DNA of 64,000 nt from Camelus ferus. Lineage: Eukaryota. Made by a program: the position numbers and the translations under genes. The notes beneath the pieces were generated by a model. The model searched no databases, was not told the origin of the DNA, and saw only the letters and a program-made list of their open reading frames with translations. The DNA is taken from positions 99,016,001 to 99,080,000 of the forward strand of contig NC_045696.1 of assembly GCF_009834535.1 (NCBI RefSeq). Direction: 5' to 3'. Shown piece after piece: positions 41,011-53,721 of this stretch; within the stretch, counting starts at the first letter, position 1, and every line of letters starts with the position of its first letter.

Positions 41011-44000
41011 TCACTGCCTCCCCTGCCCCTTCCTTGTCCAGCATGAATAGGTGAGACTATCAGACAGAGTCTCCTCCCAAGCTAATTTTTCCTACTGACA
41101 TTTTAACTCAGCAACAGTAAATGTATATATAAAAGTTATCTTCGTATGCCAGTTATAAAGAACTTACTTCTTACAATAGCCAATCGTCTTTGTTTTATAA
41201 ATCATACAACTGATAAAGAACAGAATCAGAATTTCTGTACAGTTTTGTGATCCCACATGGTCTCCACTACCCTAGGCATCTTATTACTGTATCTAAGGCA
41301 AGCCACAGCGTCAAGTTAAATAAATGCAAATGCCTGCATATACAGTTTTACTTCACTAAACTGTTAATGAATGGCTTACTAACTAAATGTAATGTTAGAC
41401 TCCCTTCCATTCCTGGTATGTCTTTGCTTTCAATACAGAGCTCTCAGAAGCTGAAACACCCTGTTACTTTTTCCTGTCCATGACTTTAAGCAAGCCACCA
41501 GCTACAGAAGTTCTTCACCTACTTTCTCCTACATCATACTTGAATTCAGAATCTCTGATAGATGACCTTCTCCTGTCTTACCATTTAGCTTTAATGAAGC
41601 AGTGAGGCTCTTAAAAAGGGGCTGCCTTGCTAATCTTGAAACAGGCCTTCTTCTACCACTTTGTCAGTTTCTAGACCCTTTCTCTTTTCCCCATCAGAAA
41701 CAGAAAACTTGGAGAAACAACCAAACTATTTGCACTTCATCAATGTAAGCTGTTATCTAGACCCTTTGATGTCCCTTTCAGTCCAGAAGTTTGGCAATTA
41801 AATAACTCATTCATTTAATTGACTCTCCCTTTTCTACTGTATGTGTACTCAATTACTTGAATCGCTCTTGGACCAAATCGTACAGAATTATGATCTTCTG
41901 CCGTCATTTCTTATTTCCTAAAGTGGCCATTCCCTTTAAGAATTTTTTAACACTTTTTCAAGAAGTTTTAAAATATAGTTACTATGCAGTTTCCTTACAA
42001 GTACAATTAAAAATTTACCTAAGGAGAATTGTGTCCATTAACCATTAACCATTGAGGCATATTTCTTATAGGAAAGGATACAGATATCCTCTCATTTTAT
42101 AGAGTACCAGTGATCAATAAGATAATCCAGTTTATGCAGGTAATATAAACAAATTTAAGGGAAAATACAATGATTGGTTAAAAGAAAAGTGGCAGAATTG
42201 CGTGGTTGCAACATTTAGTCCAGAGTATATTAAACAGATAAATATGAGGGTTACAGGTTTTTTTTCTTAATTATGTACACCAATAATGCTGGAATTACTT
42301 GGGTTAACATTGACAAAAGTGGAAAAGAGGAAAAGAACTTGCTTGGCAGAAATTGTTTCCATTGACCTAAATCTCTTTGGCTTTTGATTCTCATTAAGCA
42401 GACTGGCGAGGAGGTGCCTCACGCAAGTTTGGCTGTGTAGGTAAGCAGTGACACATCAAGGCAGTGTTAGCCCCATATACACTCTTTGTGAAACAGCCAG
42501 AGCCCAGGTGAGTGGGGTTTTGTTGGTTTACCCCTCATTCATAGTCTGACAGGATATAAAGGTCACATTTGCTTGATAGCAATGACTATGGTCTACCATA
42601 ATTTTTGAAGTTTAGTAGATCACCAGGGAAAAAGACAAACACAAAAATGGGTTCAAGAATTTCAACAGCTTCTTGTTGAGGTGAAATTTTTCTTCTCTTG
42701 TGATACTAAAACAACACATATTTAAAAATCCACAAGAAAATATCGCTGAGAAATGCACACTCACCAGGAAGACTTGTAACGACCACTTCAACTATTAAAA
42801 AACTGGGCTAAATTACTACTTTTTTGGGATATCGGTACATATGAACTAAATATAGACCTTATACAGAAACTGTTTTTCTTCCACTTTCCCCTTTCATAGT
42901 GTCCAGCAGGCCTTCAGCCTCTATACTCTGATGAGAGGTGCCAAATTTGTTGCACTGTAACTTTGAGTTAAAAGTACATTGGCCTATTTTCTGAACCCAA
43001 AATTGGGACATATAGTCTGACAAAAGATTCCGTGGCTCTTCCAGTGAAAGGGGTAGTCTGGAACAAATGTCAGACACCAAAAATGCAGGATATTCTAAGA
43101 TATTGCAATAATTTTGGGTGATAGAGATAGAACATTTAGAATTAGAGCTGCCCCAGAAAATTCACAATAATAGAGTGTGATCTATCCCTGCTTTGGAATA
43201 TGTTTTCCTCCAGTGTTTTGGTACCTAACTTACTTCTAGATTATCTAATGTCATCCCACAGTGCCTCATGGAATGTGCAAACTAGGACTGGTGGTTGAGC
43301 AAGCAGTAGACCTTCTGCTAAGTCAATTTTGGTAATATTCACCAGGAAAAACCATAGACACTGGAGCAATGGTAGACATCCAGGTCCCTCAGTGCCTGGA
43401 ACATTCTAGCGCAGTGCAGGACAGTGAAGGTATTTGCCACACCAGGTCTTCTAACCAGGGAAGCAAAAGCGACCAGCATGATGGCCGGGGTCAGTGGTCA
43501 GGGCTGGATTCAAGCCTTACAGCTGATCAGGTGTTTTGGTTATCTATTACCCTTTGCAGTTGTGGCAATTCGACCTGCCCTAATCTAGAGTAATCAAATA
43601 TCACCAAAAATGATTACAAAAAAAAAAAGTCCTGGGCCTAACAAAGTGTGGCCATGTTGAGGGGTGTGTAGTAAAGACCAATCCTTTTCAACCAAAAATT
43701 ATGCTTTGAGTAACACTGCTTTGGAGACCACATTTTACTTTCTACACGTTTTCACCAGTACCCTGCAGAAGATTAACACAGAACAGCCAGAATCAGTTAG
43801 TAAGTAATATAATACAGGTCCAAACACCAAAAAACAAAAAAACCAAAACAAAACAGAACAAGACCAATCATTTAAAATGCTAACTTCATGGCTTTGTCTT
43901 TTCTGATCGATCCGATTCCTGTCTGAAAGGAGTAGCCTGAGCCTGGGTGTATGCCGGACGTTAGGCTGCTGTTCACTTTCATTGGGACGAAGGCTAATTA

Positions 44001-44769
44001 TATTCACTAGTTATCATACCTAATAAAGAACATTCTTGAGTCAAGAAGACATGATATAACAGGGTGTTGTAGGCATTCTTTGTGTTTAAATATCCAATAT
44101 GTGTTTCTCTAAAAAGAAATCTAAATGAAATAGTACAACATTATCTACCAAGCTTCAGAACAAAATAATGTAACCCAATTTAAACAACCAAATACAGTTT
44201 GGAATATCATAACTTTTTCCTATTGCATCTCATTTTATTTATTATTAACAAGATTTCCTCTTTAAGATTACTTACCAAAATAAATTTTAGAATATCCACA
44301 TCTTGTCATTTTCTTCTTGGCAACTAGAATGCATAGTTGCAGAATTCAAAACTTTTATGTTATTTTCTCATTCCTTTAGGCAACCTGAGTGTGTTAAAAG
44401 ATGCAAAAGATATCTGTCTCCTACAGAATTAGACAGTAGTGTGGTTTCCTTCACTCATAGAGGATGCTTCAGTAAGTAGATACTTTCTCTTCTGTGTCCT
44501 CTTTTCCTTGAGGGCTGAGATTTAATTCTCCTTAATAACATTTCACTGGAAAAGCAGGGAACAAATGGAGGCAGAAAGCAGGCCTGTTAAGACTAATTAG
44601 CCAGAATGCCACAGGATTTTGATTTCAGAGTAAGGAGAAGATTCTGTTAAAATTTTGCTTTATATTTTAATAGGTTGATCAGATGGCCTGACAATCTAGT
44701 CCATGACAACCAGAAACAAAAATTATGTGCCTTGTGCTACTAATTTTAAAGGTAAACTTTGAGTTTTAA

Positions 44770-45330
44770 AAATCTAGTCTATATATTAGAATTTTTTTAA
44801 TCCTTCCTGAATTTTATTATGATAGACTGATTTCTGAAATATGAAACCCAGTATGGTTGTACATTTGTTGGCTTTACCTTATAGGTCTGTTTCTTTGGTT
44901 TTACATATTTTAAGGTTATGTTATTAGGTGAAACAAAATTTGTATTATATAACTTTTCCCATTTATTTGCTCTAAGTCTTTCTGTGTGTTTTAAGTGTGT
45001 CAATTATATATATCTAGTCTTAAAAAACCAATGTATCCAACCTGAAAGTCTTCAACATTTAATAGAAGAGTTTAATCTATTTACACTTATTGTGCTTACC
45101 ATTTGTTTGAAAAACATTTTCAGAGAAAAATTCTGATCTCTAGCAGACACTCATTAAGAATCTGCTGAATATTTGGCCAATTTTTTCTCTCATTTTCCCC
45201 CTTCCTTTCCAGACTTCTATGGAACTGAGAGATTTCTTTACTCTCCTTTTTCCTCTAACAGTTTGGAAGTTATGTGTTCCAGGCCTATTCTTTCAGTAAT
45301 TTATTGCAAAGCCTCAGACAATTATTTTGC
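44770..45330 (-). mobile_element. Old L1 fragment with ORF2 endonuclease relic
   Basis: ORF 44797-45003 (THLKHTERLRANKWEKLYNTN...SPNNITLKYVK) resembles L1 EN ETHLK..TERLKVKGWKKIYHAN...APNNIA.KYIKQ. Confidence 0.65.
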
Positions 45331-46270
45331 TGAATAAATTTTATAGATGTTTATTTTAACTGTTTGGTAAGACATTATTTTTTCACATTTATGTTATTTC
45401 TAACTATTCCTCAGCCCAACTTGCCAAAATAGCATCCATATAAGACAACAATGGACATGTGTCAGACATAGAAATGTTTGTGAATATAGATTTTTAAATA
45501 TGGTATTTATCCATTTTAAGATTAAATCCAATGACTCTAGAATAATAAAACAAAAGAAAACCAATCTTAAAAACCAGTCTTAGAAATAAGAAAACCAATG
45601 TAAAAATACTTAAAACTCCAATATAATACATTGTATTACACAAAATAGTATTCAATAGAAACAGAAATGTTTCCCTTTAAACATGCATTTTTTTTACAGA
45701 CTATTAAAATCACCAGGCAGGATGAGGTACCCAATAAATATTCATATCATTACGACCTGGTTTTGATTGTCATTCTCATGAGGCTGCACACAACTATTGA
45801 ACTGTTACATGACTCAGTTTTTTCATTGATGAAACTGTATGTTTTTTCTGCTGTCAATGATGTGTAATCAGTTGCTGCAGCTTTATTTGTACTGTCTACA
45901 GCACAAAAGCAAATTGAGATTAGCATAAATAATTGTAACATCTAACCTTTTGGCTCACATGAAGCCATACATAGGTAATAAAAGTAAGATGCTGCAGTGG
46001 GAAAGAATCATCTGGGCCACCATGCAGTATTGATGGACAAAACCTATGAAAGTCAAATGAAATAAGAAGTGTCCCTGCTTAATTAATGTTCAAACATACA
46101 AATAGAACTCTTACACATTAACATTTTTTGAGAGATAATTCATTATACAAATACACTCTGAAAGAGAGATTTTTCTCAACCACATGGAGAGTTTTCATAA
46201 AAGTGATATTTTTCCCTGGTGGTGGTGGAGTGAAGAGGTGGAAATCTACAGAGTATATCCTTTCTGGCCT

Positions 46271-46768
46271 TGTGATGGGCAGAATAATGCACCCCACCTC
46301 CCCAAAAGATATCCACAGCCTAATCCTTATATTCTATTACACAAGGATGTGTTACCTTATATGGCAAAATGGACTTTACAGACGTGGTTAGATTTTTAAA
46401 AGTTGGGATATTGTCCTAGATTATTGGGGTGGGCCCAAATGTAATCACAAGAGTTCTTATAAGTGAACGAGGGAGGTAAGAGGGTCAGAGGTGGAGAAGG
46501 GGACATGGCAACTGAAGCAGATGCCAACATGATGCAACAGATGGCCTTCAAGATGGATGGGGGTCACTGGCAGGAGGCGGCTGGCTTCTAGACGCTAGAA
46601 AAGCCAAGGAAACAGATACTCTAGAACCTCCAGAAGGAAGGCGGCCCTGCTGACACCTTGACATTAACCCAGTGAGACCCACTTTAGACTTCTGAACTCC
46701 AGAACTAGAAAACAGCAACTTTGTGTTGTTTGTGGTAATTTGTTACAGCAGAAATAGAAACTAGTACA
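46271..46768 (+). mobile_element. MaLR LTR (MLT1C-like)
   Basis: tgtgatgggcagaataatg...ttgttacagcagaaatagaaactagtaca; 5-bp TSD ggcct/ggctt. Confidence 0.88.
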
Positions 46769-46814
46769 GGCTTCCAGTCATAAGAAGTTCCGAATGAAAA
46801 GGAAAACTCCTTAT

Positions 46815-46935
46815 AGGCTGAGAAGAATAGCAACTGAGACCCAGAAAGGATAAATAATTTCCCAGAGTCATCCAGCTAGTTAGTGATGGAACCAGAATTT
46901 AAATGTTAGTCTTTCTCCATTACTCTCTACCATAT
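46815..46935 (-). mobile_element. MIR fragment
   Basis: aactgagacccagaaagg...ttcccagagtcatccagctagttagtgatggaacc. Confidence 0.65.
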
Positions 46936-48039
46936 AAGAACTTGGAACTCAGTGCAGAATGAGTCGTCCACTCAGAGGTAAGTGAAAAGTTATTCTTTTC
47001 ACAGCCCAAGAAATAAGAAAAATTAAGCTAAAATATCTTCAGTTCTACATAAAAGTAAAATGTTTTAAAAACCATAAAGGAATCTCAGATTTGTGCATAG
47101 TCCTCCAGATAATCCAAACACCAAAATTTTTAAACTACTATTTTACACGGGAATAGTTCTTGGATGAAACAAAATCTGAATGAAAGGAGTCACGCACAAT
47201 GACATTTTCAGGATGAAGAGACTTTTATGTAAAAGGCAATTTTAAATGAATGGGCCATAATTATATCCTTGGTAAGAAGAGTGGTATAAAATAAACTTTA
47301 ATGGAGAAAAAGCATTCTAGAGCCTAAGCATACATATTTTAATCATAATAATGGTGAAAACTTGAAAAGAGAATTTCCAAGAGAGATAAAAATTATTTTT
47401 AAATAGTAAACAACTTTCCTATTTTTCCAATTTTAAATTTTTCAATTTTAACTATTTGGAACTGGCTGAAAAATGGAAGTCAGTTTGCCAATGGTGATTC
47501 AAGGCATAATTTCTGAGGTCCAAACAAAGGTGAACAGACAAAAGGGGACATGTTAATTATTTTGAGTAACTTCTTTGAAGTACAGTGGGGAGATGATTAG
47601 GTTCTTTTCATATTACTACATTCTTTTTTAGCCTCTATTGTGTCTTTCTCTGCTCAAAAATTCTTTAGTCCTTCTCATACTTGTTAGCTTACGACATTAT
47701 TTGCAAAAGTCTACCATATTAAGTAGCTAATACAATGGCTTTCCCTAACATACTTTTCAGATGACTTTTTCTCCTATTTGACATTGAAGATCGAAGACAT
47801 CTGACCTCAAACATTCCTACCTCAAACATTTTTAATTGTGTTTTTGCTTTTTTTTCCTTCTTGATGACCATCTCTGAGACAGAGTTGTTCTCAATGGGTG
47901 CCAAGCCTAATTCCTCTATTTTTACTATTGCTTGCTTTTACTTCACTTTCTCTGAGATAGTGTGTCATCTAAAAATGCTCCTCCTACCTTCTGCCTCCCA
48001 AAATTCCCAACTGATGCTTTAAGATTAGCAAATGAATCT

Positions 48040-49045
48040 CCTTCACATATGGTCCAGATGCTTTTCAAACTACTGCTTTTGCATGGGGTCGCTTGGTGAC
48101 TGAAATACACATGAGCTCTTTAAAAGGAGAATCTCAGTTCATTCCATCCCTTTGGATCCCTTGCCTGTAAACCCCATTGGTTTTCTAAACCAGGCTTTTG
48201 GAGGCTCGTATCTCTGGTGCAAGTCCCAAGGGTTGGAGGTGCCAAATGTGGGGCACAAACCCTTTCTTTTTCCAAAAGAAGCTCCAGACTTGCAAGATCC
48301 ATCCCAGTTGTGAGTCGCTATGGTGGGGATTGGGTTTTTGGTATGACAGTGCCTCTGCCTCTCTCCCTGTCTCAATGTAGTCCTTTGGATATAGGAAAAT
48401 GGGGCATGAGAGGATGGACATATCCCAGGTTCCGGTTGAGTCCCTGGGACGGGCCCCATCAAGTGAAGGTGCTTGGCTTCACACAAGGAAAAATTCAAGA
48501 GTGAGCAATAATAGAGTAAAGGTGGATTTATTCAGAGATGCACACTCCATAGACAGAGTGTGGGCTATCTAGAAGGTAGGAGAGAGGAGGGAGAGAAAGA
48601 GAGAGCCTGGGTGTGGGGTTGTTAGTTTTTATGGGCTCAGTAACTTCATATGCTAACAAGTGGGAGGATTACTCCAACTACTTCGGGGAAAGGGCTGGGA
48701 TTCCCAGGAATTAGACCATCATCCACTTTTTGGACTTTTATGGTCAGTCTTGTAACTGTCGTGGCACCTGTGGGAGTATCATTTAGCAGCTATCATATTA
48801 CAATGAGTGTATAGTGAAGCTCAGGGTCTCCTGGACGTTGGATCTTCCACCACCTTGTTGCTAATTGCTGTGTCATTCTTTTAATGGTTGTGCCCTGTCT
48901 CACTTTTATCCTTTGTTGTGGAGCAGTAGTTCAGCTAGTTTTCCGTTATTTTTCAGACAGAATTATCTCATATGTAACTGCAGTTTTGGTGTGTCCATGG
49001 TACTAGGTGAGCTCATGATCTTCCTACATAGCCATCTTGAATCCC
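48040..49045 (-). mobile_element. L1 5'UTR fragment interrupted by an ERV1 LTR
   Basis: Ends gccatcttgaatc (rc caagatggc, an L1 5' start motif); the sequence reads continuously across the LTR (tgtagtccttt|tatcctttgttgtggag). Confidence 0.6.
48387..48902 (-). mobile_element. ERV1-class solo LTR, third copy of the 481-1011 family
   Basis: Collinear with the reverse complement of copy 1 (gaggatggacatatcccagg...gtccctggga...ggttgtgccctgtctca); 4-bp TSD cttt at 48383-48386 / 48903-48906. Confidence 0.88.
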
Positions 49046-49759
49046 CAACCTAAATTTTATTACTTCTTTACTTGTTCAACACCATGAATCTAAATAAAAT
49101 GCTTATATTGTTTCTTATCATTTATTATTTTACATATATCTACATACTGCTTTGAAAGATAAGGAACTTAGTTGTGGCTTATTTTCTCCTGTTAGTAATG
49201 TTCGTTTTATTAATTTTAATTTTCTATGGTTTGTTTTTGTAACTATATTATTTACATAATATAATTAGTAAGTGAACTTTAAATAATATAATAAACTTCT
49301 ATTTCATGTTTTAAAGCTTTAGATGACATCTTAATTGTGTACTACAAAAGATGAGAAAATTAGCCCCACTCCACTTCCAAGGGTGGCAGACTGTTAATTC
49401 TCTACCTCTTCTTCATAACCCTCTCATTCGCTATGGTTAGGTCACATGGAGGCCTTCTTACTCAGACATGCCAGGCCTTGTCCAGCCTGAGTATTTGAAC
49501 TAGAACCGCCATGTTGACTGCTCAGTCAAATCACACAGTCTTTACTTATAGACAAATAAAAATGTCTTAGGACAAACAATTCTGTCCTATGTTCAATTTC
49601 AAAATTCTAAGATATATACATACGAGCATTAAAAGGCTTGGATTATAAATAGGCAAATTTCCTCTGTATTCTATCCCTCTTGCATCCTTATAACTTCATC
49701 CTACAAATTACTTTCTTTCTCCTTTATATCTTCTATTTTCTCCCTCTTCATTGGTTTCT

Positions 49760-50760
49760 CCCACGTTGAACCCAAATGTGTTTATTCTTTTCTTAAAGAG
49801 CAGCAATAGCAAAGACCTCTCTGGTCCCTGCCTCCCCCTCAAGCTCCTTTCCTATTTTGCCAAATCTTTTCCCTTCTGCCAAAATTCTTGAGGCAGAATT
49901 CATATTATAGCATCTAACTTCTCATCTTTCATTTACTCCTTCATCAAGGCCATCTTACTCCTGCCCTTCTACTTCTAATAAACTAGCTTTACCAACATCA
50001 CCAACAATTTACTGTCAAGTTCAGGGGCACCTTTAAGATCCTCACCTCACTTGACCTCTCTCTAGCATGTTCAACATGACTGAGTGCTTACCCATCTTTG
50101 CTCCCCACTCCCATTGCCCTGGCTTCATGCTTTATTGGCTCTTGCCTAGAACACTGTAATAACTGGTTTCCCTCCAAACTGTCTTCTCTACCACCTCCAG
50201 TTTTCTTTCTAAAACCCACATCTGTTCAATTCAAAAAGAATTTTGGAGGCTGCCAAAATAAAGAAGACATAATTCTAAGGATAAATGCTCCTAATATAAT
50301 ATTAAGTGAACAAAATACTTTAAAAATTGTATACATTGGATAAAAAAAAAGATGAATATTATAATTTCAACTATATATGAATATATGCATCATATATATA
50401 GCATGTATATATAAGCACGTGTGTGTATTTGTCTGTGAAAAAAAGACATCAAAATGGCTTTCTCCAGTGGAAGGATCCTGAATGCTTATTTTCTAAATTA
50501 GCATTTATAACTCTTGTAATTTAGAATACAATGTGATGTGTAGTATGTTAGAAAGCATTTAATTTTATTTGAAGGCACGAAAACACCCAAGAGAGCTAAA
50601 GAGCTGTGGTATCAGTCCAATCAGATTTAGAAGAATGAGTGGACATTTTCCAGGTAGAACGAGTGTATTTTAGGTAGAAAGAGGAACATGAGAAAATCCA
50701 CAGAGATGTGAAAGCACATTACATATTCAAAACACAGAATATTCCATTAGGCTAGAAAAT
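49760..50760. mobile_element. Mosaic of old L2 and L1ME fragments
   Basis: L2-like (ctcacttgacctctctctagcatg, ctagaacactgtaataactggtttccc) and L1ME-like (aattaagtgaacaaaa) segments. Confidence 0.5.
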
Positions 50761-51554
50761 ATCGTGAGTTCTCATTATGATAACCTTCTGTATATTCCTT
50801 GTTGGTATCATGATCTCCTATATATCCTGCAAGGATTTTCTTAAACCTTACCTCTGCTGGGCCATGCCCATCTCTGATTGTATTGTAGCGCTCTTATTTC
50901 TATTCCCCTAGACTTAGACCATACCACCTTATTACATAGTCATGTAACAGTTCTCACTGATTGGCTGAATCCTGGATACTTGTTTCTTATGACTATGTCC
51001 CTGCCTCCCTGATCATGGATTATCTCAGTTGTTTCTAGAAAATTATCACTAGCATAGAAAGTGACAGATGAACATTATATCCCCAACTACATACCCAACT
51101 CTAACTCCAACTATTCATATACCATACACTCCAACTTCACCCATACCCATACATGCACATTCAGATCTTTCCTCTAAAATAGGTATCATCTCCAATGGCA
51201 CAAAAATATCATGAAAACCAACTTAGCCTCAAGCTTCTATAAACGTCTTATTCAATATGTCTCATATTCAGGATAACTTCAGTAAAAAGCATAAATAATC
51301 TGCTTTTTGAATTTGCTAGCCTTTTTAGTAAAACTTCACCTTTTGATCCAGTCTCTGATCTTTGCACCATGAGTTAGTTCATAAGGATGATTTTAATGTG
51401 TTTTAACAAGTAACAAACACACAATGAGTAGGATCAAGTCATCTTCAGTTGTTCAGTGACTCCAAGCCAGCACAATGGCTATTTTTCTATTCAGTACAAC
51501 CATTCAAGTAGGTATTGATTTTGAGGTGATGGAATTGGTTGGGGGGGGATGGGG

Positions 51555-51730
51555 GTAAGAATACTGGTCTGGAAAGTAGAGAACTTAGATTCTAGTCCTG
51601 AACCTGCTAACTGGCTGTGGGACTTTGGGAAAAGTCTTGAAATTCTCAAGTCTTCAACTTCCTTATCTTTCAAATAAAGTCCTTGGAATAAGTTAATCAA
51701 AGTCCTTATGACTCTAAAATTCAAGGTCTA
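51555..51730 (+). mobile_element. MIR (MIR3-like)
   Basis: gattctagtcctgaacctgctaactggctgtgggactttgggaaaagtc...ctctaaaattc. Confidence 0.7.
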
Positions 51731-52084
51731 TAAAGAAAACGTATATGGAAGTTTACCTCAACTCTGTATCTCATTTTGCCCCTTTGCAAATCGACCTTTA
51801 GCATCCCTTCCAACACTGACTTCTACTTTCACATTTGAGTAACAGTGATAAACAAAATACAGCAAATGTGAGTTTCCCTGAACATCAATAGGAAGCCAGG
51901 TTTCTCAAACACGAGGGTATATTCACTCTAGACAAGATGTTTACAGGCTTAGAAATGCATATTTTAGTCACTTCAAAGACAATTCTCAATACTATTATAT
52001 TGAAGTCAAATTTCTGTCTTCTCTACACATTAGTGAGGCACATCACTAGAATTCTCACCATAATCATGACTTAAGATGTAAGAC

Positions 52085-52878
52085 ATCTGAGCACTGATTG
52101 TTTTATTATTTGCAATAATATAATCAAAGCTGATAACAATAAGCATCTAAATGTTCACTGTCCTTTCACTGTGTGACACTAGCCTTTAAAGTAATAAATG
52201 CATCAGCTTCTTACAGAAACTAGAGTGCGAACCCTAAGCATGCACTTTGGCAATTATTAAAAACAAACAATACATTAAGCTCTGAAACATACACAAAGTT
52301 AGGTTCCCACACCCACCCCCCACTCCAAAAATTATGTTACCTTCCCTTTGTGGAGCCAGCCCTGTTTTATAATGGTAAAAGTAAATTCAACATAATTTAA
52401 AGTTACAACTAATGCTAAAGTAGCTAGTCAATATATTTTTAAAAGACTAGCTAAATAATAGTACCTTACTGTATTCCATAACAAGTCTGTCCATGCAAGA
52501 AATACAAACTTTGAGTGGTTCTCAGAACCAAGTATAGAAACCAATTACCGAAACTGACTACACGTATTGATATCATTTAGCCAAAACGTTGTACAATTTT
52601 ATCTTCTTTGAAGTAGGAGTACTGAGTTTTGTCAAGAAAAATCACATCACCAGTTAAAAAGAAACCTCCAAAAGTAATTTTAGAAGCTTGGAATCTCCAC
52701 TAGTTAATATCCACCTCTTCAGTTTATGGCTTGATCGTATTCTAATTACAGATTCATGACTACGGAAGTCAATGGTATTTTCCAAGCAGGAATCTGTTGC
52801 TTTACTCCCAAGATTAAAAGAACAAATCCAATCTTCAACTAGTTGCCACTAATATTAGCAGAAATCATCCCAGTACAT
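52085..52878 (-). other. Candidate 3'UTR of the terminal exon of an unidentified minus-strand gene
   Basis: Repeat-free, U-rich minus-strand sequence between the stop codon and AATAAA. Confidence 0.45.
52102..52107 (-). terminator. Candidate polyadenylation signal AATAAA of the minus-strand gene
   Basis: First canonical AATAAA seen downstream of the terminal-exon acceptor, ~810 nt away; the repeat-free block ends shortly after. Confidence 0.45.
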
Positions 52879-52916
52879 TCACGGGCATTTTGAAGTCTCT
52901 CTACAGCACCAAACAA
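52879..52916 (-). CDS. Candidate coding start of the terminal exon (phase 1: xVWCCRETSKCP*; phase 0: LFGAVERLQNARECTGMISANISGN*, stop at 52839)
   Basis: Acceptor cctaatttgattgatctttccag|TTGTTTGG with branch-point-like CCTAAT; frame and gene identity unknown. Confidence 0.45.
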
Positions 52917-53684
52917 CTGGAAAGATCAATCAAATTAGGTGTTGAAGGTTTCAATATTGGAAAAAAAACCTGCTAATTTGTTTTTCACTTACAACCAAAA
53001 CTAGATCTAGCAAAATAAACTATATTTCTAATCTGCTATGTTTATAGCCAAACACATAGGGAAGGCTATACTTGTTATTTTAAAGCAAATGTGTCCAGCT
53101 TAAATGTGCAATACAATTTCTAAATCATAACTCCCAGATCCAAAGAGTAAGACTTCAGAGATTCCCTGATCGATTAATCAACTGCACAGCTTTCAGTGTA
53201 AACACATTGGGGAAAAATCCCCATAAATTCTTTGTTTTCCGTATCTTCAAAGATATAATGAAATATAATGCTTCGTAAACATCAAAACTCGTATTTTCAT
53301 TCTGACTGATTAAAGCCTGTTAACAGGAAACTGTAGCCATGGGGTTTTTTGTGTGTGTTACAGAATTTTTAAATATATGAGAAATTTGGTCAAATAACCA
53401 GTAAAATTACATTCATGCATTAGTATTTTTAAGAGGTCAAAAAAGGATATTCTATTACCATGATGAGACTAGAATTAATTTAAATAACTTTGGGCTTGAT
53501 TCATGAAAAACAAAAATACTTACGCAGTAGGGGGGCATTATTTCTGCATTTTTTTTATATGCACAAGTCATGGTCTGTATTCAACTTCCAATTCAAAAAG
53601 AGAAGTTGCAGATTTATGTAGGCAGGTTTTTGTGTGAGTGCACAGTTCCAAAGTGAAAAATAAATAAGCCTGTAGAGAACTTAC

Positions 53685-53721
53685 GTCTTCTAGCAGAGTG
53701 TTAAAAGGATTGCAGGCTCAA
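53685..53721 (-). CDS. Candidate 37-nt cassette exon carrying a stop (phase 1 xEPAILLTLC*; phase 0 LSLQSF*)
   Basis: Acceptor gtttttttgcctgaag|TTGAG, donor GAC|GTAAGT, upstream GCTAAC, downstream QKI/RBFOX motifs. Confidence 0.45.
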
